The position numbers were made by a program, and so were the translations under genes. A DNA stretch of 64,000 nucleotides from a virus. The stretch covers positions 1-64,000 of the IMG/VR virus record IMGVR_UViG_3300023202_000163; one strand, written 5' to 3'. The notes beneath the pieces were generated by a model, which saw only the letters and a program-made list of their open reading frames with translations, was not told where the DNA came from and did no database searches. Shown here in pieces: positions 1 to 6,154 of this stretch (the first letter of the stretch is position 1; the number at the start of each line of letters is the position of its first letter).

Positions 1-273
1 GGGGTTAACGGCCCCCTACCGTGAGGTAAGTGACGGCAACAGAGACGAGTCATAAAAATTAGGTTCTCCAGGAGCGAGGGGGGATTAAACAGCGGCAGAA
101 ACAGCGGCCTAATTTGTATGGGTGAAACGGGCGACAGCGCAGGTGCAGCAATCGGAAGCAGAGGGCAATGATATGTGCCAAGGAGTCCTCGGGTGCCGAG
201 CAAAGAACTTGTTGGTAACAGCAAGTCAAGATAAATGATTGTCTATAACAGAATCCCGCTTATAGCCCTTCTC
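1..273 (+). ncRNA. rnpB: RNase P RNA (5' part outside window)
   Basis: RNase P landmarks in the correct order: GGGGTTAACGGCCCC (P8), GTGA-capped P9, GCAACAGAGA, GGGTGAAACGG, GCAGCAA, GTAA-capped P18 (ACTTGTTG-GTAA-CAGCAAGT), AGATAAATGAT and ACAGAATCCCGCTTA (P4 3' strand). Confidence 0.9.
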
Positions 274-280
274 CATACAT

Positions 281-355
281 CCGGGTGTAGCTCAGAGGCA
301 GAGCGCGCGCTTTGGGAGCGTGAGGTCGGGATTTCGATATTCCCCACCCGGACCA
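281..355 (+). tRNA. tRNA-Pro(TGG)
   Basis: Acceptor CCGGGTG/CACCCGG, A73, CCA; anticodon arm CGCGC-TTTGGGA-GCGTG; T arm GGGAT-TTCGATA-TTCCC has a T-T mismatch at 53:61. Confidence 0.93.
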
Positions 356-442
356 TGATAGGGGTTCCAGAACAGAAATTCTGGACGTAAGTTGCCGCAA
401 GGTTAGCCCCTTATAGAAACAAACTGTAGATAAAGGATTTTT

Positions 443-991
443 ATGCATGTAAGCATACACGGACATTTTAGAAGTGGAACTCATTACTTGCGACATGTAG
501 TAAGTGCTAACTTTTCTGTTATAATGCGTAACGATAGGCATCACGCCTTACCGGGACGATTTTTGACAGACGGACGAAAAGCACTCTATATCCGTAGAGA
601 CTTTGAAGATGTGGCTAAATCTATATGGGCTATGAAGGAACGTTTCGGGGCGGGGGCAGAGACTTTTGAAGAGTTCAAGGATATTCCTTGGCGCGAGCAA
701 TTTCGTGAATTTGATCCTTCGTTGTTGGAATTGGGTTCTTACTATAAGCGCCACAAGGCAGCCGTTAAGACAGATCGTTCACTTAGTAAGGAATCTCTTT
801 CTCCGAGAGAGTATCATGCCATGCACGTAGCCTCGTGGGAGAGTTGCCAATACGATAATGTATTAATAGTAGACTATGAAGCTATGGTATCTAGTTTTGA
901 AGAGGAAATGCGTAAAATTGCGGCATTACTGGAGTCTAATATATCGGAGTTTAAGAATATTCCTCGAACTGGGGTATGGAAAGTAAATTAG
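443..991 (+). CDS. Sulfotransferase-domain protein
   Basis: 5'-PSB-like motif GHFRSGTHYL, 3'-PB-like YIRRDFEDVAKS, and VDYEAM...MRKIAALL as in PAPS-dependent sulfotransferases. Confidence 0.75.
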   Translation: MHVSIHGHFRSGTHYLRHVVSANFSVIMRNDRHHALPGRFLTDGRKALYIRRDFEDVAKSIWAMKERFGAGAETFEEFKDIPWREQFREFDPSLLELGSYYKRHKAAVKTDRSLSKESLSPREYHAMHVASWESCQYDNVLIVDYEAMVSSFEEEMRKIAALLESNISEFKNIPRTGVWKVN

Positions 992-992
992 C

Positions 993-1069
993 GGGCCCCT
1001 AGCTCAATAGGTTAGAGCGACGGTCTCTTAAACCGTAGGTTCTGGGTTCGATTCCCAGGGGGCTCACCA
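993..1069 (+). tRNA. tRNA-Lys(CTT)
   Basis: Acceptor GGGCCCC/GGGGCTC, ACCA end; anticodon arm ACGGT-CTCTTAA-ACCGT; TTCGA T loop. Confidence 0.96.
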
Positions 1070-1125
1070 CTAGTTTAGGATGTTTGTAGGAGTTAGAGTA
1101 TTATAAGATAAACTTTTAAGCATGT

Positions 1126-1201
1126 TGCTGGATAGCTCAATCGGTAGAGCACTGGTCTCTGAAACCAGGGGTTCTGGGTTCGAATCCCAGTCCGGCAACC
1201 A
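1126..1201 (+). tRNA. tRNA-Gln(CTG)
   Basis: Acceptor TGCTGGA/TCCGGCA (T1:A72), ACCA end; anticodon arm CTGGT-CTCTGAA-ACCAG. Confidence 0.95.
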
Positions 1202-1207
1202 TAATGA

Positions 1208-1281
1208 TTGGGCGTAGTGTAGGGGTAACACTGGTGCTTTGGGAGCATCCATCGGGAGTTCGAATCTCCCCGCCCGAACCA
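1208..1281 (+). tRNA. tRNA-Pro(TGG), second divergent copy
   Basis: Acceptor TTGGGCG/CGCCCGA, ACCA end; anticodon arm GGTGC-TTTGGGA-GCATC; T arm GGGAG-TTCGAAT-CTCCC. Confidence 0.9.
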
Positions 1282-1285
1282 GTTT

Positions 1286-1372
1286 GGACAGGTAGCAAAA
1301 TGGCTGAATGCGCCGGGCTTTTAACCCGGAGGAGAAATCCCGTTGTGGGTTCGAGTCCCACCCTGTTCACCA
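1286..1372 (+). tRNA. tRNA-Lys(TTT) with long variable arm
   Basis: Acceptor GGACAGG/CCTGTTC, ACCA end; anticodon arm CCGGG-CTTTTAA-CCCGG; variable arm GGA-GAAA-TCC; 3-bp D stem. Confidence 0.88.
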
Positions 1373-1379
1373 AATTTTA

Positions 1380-1469
1380 GGAGGAGTGGCAGATAGGAAT
1401 CGCGCACGTTTGCTAAACGTAGGCCGGGATTAAAATCCCGAGTGGGATCGTTACCCACCTCCTCCGCCA
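1380..1469 (+). tRNA. tRNA-Ser(GCT)
   Basis: Acceptor GGAGGAG/CTCCTCC, G73, CCA; anticodon loop TTGCTAA; long variable arm; T loop ATCGTTA. Confidence 0.92.
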
Positions 1470-1476
1470 TATACAC

Positions 1477-1562
1477 GGAAGGTACCGTACAGGGTACAAA
1501 CTGGTTTCGAACACCAGGGCACAGGTAAAACTGTGGGGGATCGTTACCTCTACCTTCCGCCA
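1477..1562 (+). tRNA. 8/4-type tRNA-Ser(CGA)
   Basis: 8-bp acceptor GGAAGGTA/TACCTTCC, G73, CCA; D arm GTAC-AGG-GTAC; anticodon arm CTGGT-TTCGAAC-ACCAG; long variable arm; 4-bp T stem GGGG-ATCGTTA-CCTC. Confidence 0.88.
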
Positions 1563-1575
1563 CGACAGGAGAAAT

Positions 1576-1661
1576 AGAGGGTACCGTGCAGGGCACAAAC
1601 TGGGTTTGAACCCCAGGGCACAGCGAGAGTTGTGGGGGATCGTTACCTCTACCCTCTGCCA
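1576..1661 (+). tRNA. 8/4-type tRNA-Ser(TGA)
   Basis: 8-bp acceptor AGAGGGTA/TACCCTCT, G73, CCA; D arm GTGC-AGG-GCAC; anticodon arm CTGGG-TTTGAAC-CCCAG; 4-bp T stem. Confidence 0.88.
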
Positions 1662-1667
1662 GTTTTT

Positions 1668-1744
1668 TGGGGAGTAGCTCAGTTGGTTAGAGCGGTTGAC
1701 TTTGAATCAACAGGTCCTGGGTTCGAGTCCCAGCTTCCCACCCA
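1668..1744 (+). tRNA. tRNA-Gln(TTG)
   Basis: Acceptor TGGGGAG/CTTCCCA, C73, CCA; anticodon arm GTTGA-CTTTGAA-TCAAC. Confidence 0.93.
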
Positions 1745-1751
1745 AAGTAAA

Positions 1752-1839
1752 GGAAGATTGCCGGAGAGGCCAAACGGGCTCGCTTGGAAAGCGATGCGGG
1801 GTAAAACCCACAGAGGTTCGAATCCTCTATCTTCCGCCA
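1752..1839 (+). tRNA. tRNA-Ser(GGA)
   Basis: Canonical 7/5 class II tRNA: GGAAGAT/ATCTTCC, G73, CCA; anticodon loop TTGGAAA. Confidence 0.96.
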
Positions 1840-1848
1840 CTTTACACG

Positions 1849-1933
1849 GGAAAGTACCGCGCAAGGCGCAAACGGGTTTCGAACATCCGGGGAGATTTAA
1901 AATCTCGGGGAGCGTTACCTCTACTTTCCGCCA
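1849..1933 (+). tRNA. 8/4-type tRNA-Ser(CGA), second copy
   Basis: 8-bp acceptor GGAAAGTA/TACTTTCC, G73, CCA; D arm GCGC-AAG-GCGC; anticodon arm CGGGT-TTCGAAC-ATCCG; T loop AGCGTTA. Confidence 0.85.
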
Positions 1934-1947
1934 TTTAGAAGCTAGAC

Positions 1948-1975
1948 TAAAGTTTGGTTGCGTACTAGCCGAATA
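1948..1975 (+). promoter_or_regulatory. sigma28/FliA-like promoter
   Basis: TAAAGTTT-N12-GCCGAATA against the consensus TAAAGTTT-N11-GCCGATAA; lies upstream of an AGGAG RBS and the ATG at 1999. Confidence 0.5.
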
Positions 1976-1998
1976 GACATAAATGAGAAGGAGCAAAT

Positions 1999-2088
1999 AT
2001 GTTAATCCGAGTCGCTAGCGATATTCATCCAGAGTTTGGAATGGATGATTACAATTTTATATTTCCGCCACAGGATTCAATAATCTAA
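1999..2088 (+). pseudogene. Truncated duplicate of the metallophosphoesterase 5' end (29 aa)
   Basis: MLIRVASDIHPEFGMDDYNFIFPP vs MLIRLASDIHLEFGMDDYNFILPP at 2432; ends at TAA 2086-2088. Confidence 0.85.
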
Positions 2089-2099
2089 AAAGAGGTTTT

Positions 2100-2279
2100 A
2101 TGTTGTTAATACTACGTGCTCTTCTGGCTCTTCTTACCCTATGTGGTTTCTGGATCGGAGGAGCCCAACTTGGAATACTGTTACTCGGTCCCGACAACGA
2201 TCTTATTATTCTATTTGGAAGTATAGGAATGTTCGTTGGTATAGCGGCGGCCCTTGAGATTCTCACGCCTAATGTCTAG
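2100..2279 (+). CDS. Small membrane protein (59 aa, two hydrophobic segments)
   Basis: GAGG RBS; MLLILRALLALLTLCGFWIGGAQLGILLLGPDNDLIILFGSIGMFVGIAAALEILTPNV; below the ORF-track cutoff; stop codon overlaps tRNA-Trp. Confidence 0.6.
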   Translation: MLLILRALLALLTLCGFWIGGAQLGILLLGPDNDLIILFGSIGMFVGIAAALEILTPNV

Positions 2280-2355
2280 GGGTATAGCTCAGTCTGGCCA
2301 GAGCAGCGGTCTCCAAAACCGCGTGTCGTGGGTTCGAATCCTACTGCCCCTGCCA
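2278..2355 (+). tRNA. tRNA-Trp(CCA)
   Basis: Acceptor AGGGGTA/TGCCCCT, GCCA end; anticodon arm GCGGT-CTCCAAA-ACCGC. Confidence 0.97.
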
Positions 2356-2431
2356 GATAATAATAACTTAAGAGATAGAGCAAGTAACGAACCTTCTAAA
2401 TTCCCTACCCGGGCCATATATAGGTAAAAAC

Positions 2432-3208
2432 ATGTTAATTAGACTCGCGAGCGATATTCATCTAGAGTTTGGGATGGATGACTATAATTTTATACTTCCG
2501 CCTCTTCCGGAAGATCCTGAAACAGTACTAATTCTGGCTGGAGATATACATACAGGAACTTCAGCCACTGACGAATTTTTACCTTTCATGTCGTCTCGTT
2601 TTGCTCATGTTTTTTACGTTCTAGGAAATCATGAGTTTTACGGTTTTGATTTTAATACTGTAGCTGAAGATATTCGTTATAAAATAAATGATATTGCAAA
2701 CGTTACTCTACTGGACGATGACTATTTTATCCATAATGGAGTTCGTTTTGTTGGTTCCACTTTGTGGACAGATGTTAAAAAAAGAGATCCTCTGTCTATA
2801 ATGTTGGTTAGAAAAAGTATGAACGATTATAGAGCCATCAAAAAGGCAGGTTCTAGGTTGTCTGTGTATGATACAATTGATAAACATGAAGAGTCTGTAA
2901 AGTATTTGAAAAACACTTTGAATACTCCTTTTGATGGTCCTACTGTTGTTGTAACGCACCATGGACCAAGTTATCAGAGTGCTCATTATATGTACCGTGG
3001 AAATAAAGCGGAACAGCTAAATGTAGCTTACTATTCTGATCTAGAATACTTGATGCACGAGTATAATATCTCTTATTGGTTTCACGGACACACACATTCG
3101 ACCATGAGTTACGAAATAAACGGGTGCAAAGTTCGGATGAATCCTCGTGGATACGGAGAAGATCCTGAAAATCCTGACTACGACCCCATTTTTAGGGTAG
3201 AGGTTTAG
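2432..3208 (+). CDS. Calcineurin-like metallophosphoesterase
   Basis: Motifs SDIH, AGDI, GNHE, THH and HGHTH. Confidence 0.92.
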   Translation: MLIRLASDIHLEFGMDDYNFILPPLPEDPETVLILAGDIHTGTSATDEFLPFMSSRFAHVFYVLGNHEFYGFDFNTVAEDIRYKINDIANVTLLDDDYFIHNGVRFVGSTLWTDVKKRDPLSIMLVRKSMNDYRAIKKAGSRLSVYDTIDKHEESVKYLKNTLNTPFDGPTVVVTHHGPSYQSAHYMYRGNKAEQLNVAYYSDLEYLMHEYNISYWFHGHTHSTMSYEINGCKVRMNPRGYGEDPENPDYDPIFRVEV

Positions 3209-3212
3209 CTAT

Positions 3213-3620
3213 ATGTTTAAAGTTAAGAATCAATACGGTATTGAAGAAGAGGTTGAAGATTTTTGGGAGCTTTTTGAAGTATTGTTCCCTGAAAGCTGTC
3301 AAAAAGGTCTATTGAGAGATAGGCCATATGATGGACAGAATCATACGAATCACGGAAAAAGAGGTAAAACAGAAATAAAGGACATAACTTTCAGAGACCT
3401 GCACGATTGCTTTATCAGAGCCTGCTGCTTAGCTTCTGGGGAAGATAAGTGGTATGAAGAGGCCCCTAAAGGGGAAAAGGCTATGCTGGCTGAGAATGAT
3501 CTGTATAAACTCCCGTGGGAAAATATGGATATTGTTGCGGTTGCTCAGAATCTAAGTTGCGAAGTTGAAAAGATTATGGGAATTTATCCTAATATTGATG
3601 ATAACGAGGAATCGGATTAG
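3213..3620 (+). CDS. Hypothetical protein
   Basis: 135-aa ORF packed tightly between the phosphoesterase and rtcB. Confidence 0.7.
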   Translation: MFKVKNQYGIEEEVEDFWELFEVLFPESCQKGLLRDRPYDGQNHTNHGKRGKTEIKDITFRDLHDCFIRACCLASGEDKWYEEAPKGEKAMLAENDLYKLPWENMDIVAVAQNLSCEVEKIMGIYPNIDDNEESD

Positions 3621-4853
3621 ATGAGTGATTATGATGTATATAAAAGCAGTAATGTCCCTATTAAGGCCTGGACAAGAGGTGTACCTGTAGAGGGTGCGGC
3701 TGTTGAACAGCTTAAAAATATAGCTTCATTGCCTTTTATACACAAACACGTAGCAGCCCTGCCGGACCTTCACCTAGGTAAAGGTGCAACTGTTGGGTCT
3801 GTTATACCTACTAAAGGAGCCATTATTCCTGCTGCTGTTGGGGTGGATTTATCGTGCGGCATGGTGGCTGTTCGCACAAGTATGTCTTCCAAAGACCTTC
3901 CGGATAGTCTTAGATCCTGGCGAACTGCGATCGAAGAGGCTGTACCTCACGGGGCGGTTAAGGGGGCATCTCACGATAAGGGCGGTTTCTTTTCAGAAGA
4001 TCTTCCAGAAATAAATCGTGAAGTGTGGGCACATAAATTAGAAGGTAAATATAAAGAAATTAACGAAAAGCATGGCAAGATTTTTCACAAAAAAGCACCT
4101 TTCCAGCTTGGAACTTTGGGGAGTGGTAATCACTTTATTGAGATCTGCTTAGATGAGAATGATCGTGTCTGGCTTATGCTACATTCTGGAAGTAGGGGTC
4201 CTGGTAACCTTATAGGACAATACTTTATAGAGCTAGCAAAAGAGGATATGAGAACCTATTTTATAAATTTACCAGATAAAGACCTTGCTTACTTCCCTGA
4301 GGGAACAAAGTATTTTGAAGACTATATTGAAGCCATAGATTGGGCCGGAGAGTTTGCCAAATATAATAGGGAACTTATGGTTTCTAGTGTATTTTCTGCT
4401 TTAAAGAAAGTAGAAGGAATACCTAAAGAAAAACTTATGGCCCAAGATATTGCAATAAATTGTCACCATAATTTTGTACAGAGAGAAAATCACTTTAAAG
4501 AAAATGTATGGGTTACAAGAAAAGGAGCTGTTTGTGCTAGAAAAGGTATGCTTGGCATAATCCCGGGCTCCATGGGGGCAAAGTCCTTCATTGTAGAAGG
4601 AAAAGGAAATCCTGAGAGCTTTGATTCCTGTAGCCACGGAGCAGGGCGCACTATGAGCAGGTCATTAGCAAAACAAGTTTTTACTTTAGACGATCATGTT
4701 AAAGCCACATCTGGAGTGGAGTGTCGAAAAGACGAAAGTGTTTTGGATGAGACTCCTGGAGCCTATAAGGACATAGATAAAGTAATGGCAGCACAATCTT
4801 CTTTGGTTGATGTAAAACATGTACTAAAACAGATTTTGTGTGTTAAGGGTTGA
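3621..4853 (+). CDS. rtcB: RtcB RNA ligase
   Basis: PDLHLGKG, VGVDLSCG, GTLGSGNHF, LHSGSRG, HHNFV, PGSMG, SHGAGR, DETPGAYKDI. Confidence 0.97.
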   Translation: MSDYDVYKSSNVPIKAWTRGVPVEGAAVEQLKNIASLPFIHKHVAALPDLHLGKGATVGSVIPTKGAIIPAAVGVDLSCGMVAVRTSMSSKDLPDSLRSWRTAIEEAVPHGAVKGASHDKGGFFSEDLPEINREVWAHKLEGKYKEINEKHGKIFHKKAPFQLGTLGSGNHFIEICLDENDRVWLMLHSGSRGPGNLIGQYFIELAKEDMRTYFINLPDKDLAYFPEGTKYFEDYIEAIDWAGEFAKYNRELMVSSVFSALKKVEGIPKEKLMAQDIAINCHHNFVQRENHFKENVWVTRKGAVCARKGMLGIIPGSMGAKSFIVEGKGNPESFDSCSHGAGRTMSRSLAKQVFTLDDHVKATSGVECRKDESVLDETPGAYKDIDKVMAAQSSLVDVKHVLKQILCVKG

Positions 4854-4872
4854 TAATAAATTGTTTTAATTA

Positions 4873-4914
4873 ATAACCCAAACATTGGGTTATATAACCT
4901 AATGTTTGGGTTAT
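4873..4914. repeat. 42-bp nested palindrome
   Basis: ATAACCCAAACATTGGGTTAT|ATAACCTAATGTTTGGGTTAT; one mismatch overall and each half is itself an 8-5-8 inverted repeat. Confidence 0.9.
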
Positions 4915-4993
4915 ACATGACATAAGTGGAACAACTACACTAAAGAAGCTACGTTGTAGAAAATCTGCAACATAATTTTATGGAGATAAATAA

Positions 4994-5398
4994 ATGAAGG
5001 TCAAGTTTTTTGTTTTGTTTGGTTTGTTTTTTATTTTAACTTTCCCAGCATTTGCTGTGGACCCCGAGTGTGTAGATGTTACGCAAGCTGGTACTATTGA
5101 TTTTTCTGACGGTAACGGAGCTATCTGTACTTCAGCTACAGATGGAAATGGCGACCCCCTTTCAGAATCAAAAGTACTAACCTGTACGGTTACGTTTGTA
5201 GACAATGCTGGAAATGTTATTGGGACTGAAGAAGTTGTTGGTGGCCCTGGGGAATTTTTTACATTTAATACCCCTCGCGATGGTGTTGGCACTGCTTCTG
5301 CTGTTTGTGTAATGGATGAGCTTACCTCAGAAACAGCTTCGATAACAGCTATATTCCCAGCGGATGTAGCCCCAGCCCAGCCGGTTATTTTGCCTTAG
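4994..5398 (+). CDS. Secreted Cys-containing protein
   Basis: Signal peptide MKVKFF...PAFA; GGAG RBS; four Cys in the mature part. Confidence 0.75.
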   Translation: MKVKFFVLFGLFFILTFPAFAVDPECVDVTQAGTIDFSDGNGAICTSATDGNGDPLSESKVLTCTVTFVDNAGNVIGTEEVVGGPGEFFTFNTPRDGVGTASAVCVMDELTSETASITAIFPADVAPAQPVILP

Positions 5399-5405
5399 GG
5401 TCTAT

Positions 5406-5744
5406 TTGATGAGAAATTTAATAATATTTCTGGTTTTCCTAGTAGGGTGCTCCGGAGGGTCTGTTCCTCCGGAGTCTCCTGCTCCTATAAGCTTAAATTT
5501 ATATCAACCTGTTTCTGAATGCCCGGCAGAGATAGAGTATCGTTGGATTAGTGCAAGCGGGGAGCAAAGAAGCTTTTTTTCCGGAGAGGGTGGGTTTTGT
5601 GCCTTACTTTCGGAAAAAGTTACAGGAAGCCCTGTAGAGGCTCGTTGTGTACTGCGAGACAGTGGTGGAACTGTCTTACAAAGTGGGCGGTGGGTGGCCG
5701 CTAGGCAAACTAATTTAGAGGAGTTTAGGGATTTATGCCCCTAA
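5406..5744 (+). CDS. Putative lipoprotein
   Basis: Hydrophobic leader with lipobox LVGC. Confidence 0.7.
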   Translation: MMRNLIIFLVFLVGCSGGSVPPESPAPISLNLYQPVSECPAEIEYRWISASGEQRSFFSGEGGFCALLSEKVTGSPVEARCVLRDSGGTVLQSGRWVAARQTNLEEFRDLCP

Positions 5745-5751
5745 ACGTAAT

Positions 5752-6144
5752 ATGACTATAGTTTTTACAAACGGCTGTTTTGATTTGCTGCATGTAGGCC
5801 ATGTGCGCTATTTAGACATGGCCAAGAAATTGGGAGATTATTTGATTGTGGGTTTAAATTCTGACGCGAGCTTTTTACGCTGTAAAAAGAGAGCGCCTAT
5901 AAATCCAGATAGGTTTAGAGCAGAAATGCTATCCGCTCTGAAGAGTGTAGATGAAGTAATAATATTTGAAGAAGATACTCCTTACAATTTGATAAAAAAG
6001 CTAACCCCAAATATATTGGTAAAGGGTGGGGATTACAAGGTTAATGATATTGTAGGTAACGAGCTGGTCGATTTTACCGTAGTCATAAGTAGCGGAATTA
6101 GTCTTCACACGTCTGATATTTTAAATAAAATTAAAGCAACATAG
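5752..6144 (+). CDS. HldE/RfaE domain II-like (heptose-1-phosphate adenylyltransferase), stand-alone
   Basis: [30 protein letters not shown]-like RAPIN, FEEDTP, LVKGGDY. Confidence 0.85.
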   Translation: MTIVFTNGCFDLLHVGHVRYLDMAKKLGDYLIVGLNSDASFLRCKKRAPINPDRFRAEMLSALKSVDEVIIFEEDTPYNLIKKLTPNILVKGGDYKVNDIVGNELVDFTVVISSGISLHTSDILNKIKAT

Positions 6145-6154
6145 GAATATATAA

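Noticed and set aside
356-420. tRNA-associated HDV-like (theta) or hammerhead ribozyme
   Set aside because: Pairing is nested rather than double-pseudoknotted and there is no CUGANGA/GAAA core; kept only as an unknown structured element.
1576-1661. Selenocysteine or opal-suppressor tRNA (long acceptor stem, small D loop, 'TGA')
   Set aside because: The anticodon is TGA, which reads Ser TCA; Sec or opal suppression needs anticodon TCA.
1477-1933. CRISPR-like repeated GGGGATCGTTACCTCTAC units
   Set aside because: These are the T arm and acceptor of paralogous tRNAs, with no repeat-spacer periodicity and no cas genes.
260-1996. ORFs at 260-544, 1070-1252, 1137-1373, 1321-1596, 1413-1598, 1632-1976, 1679-1996 and 1696-1938
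   Set aside because: They overlap tRNA genes on either strand and are translations of structured RNA.
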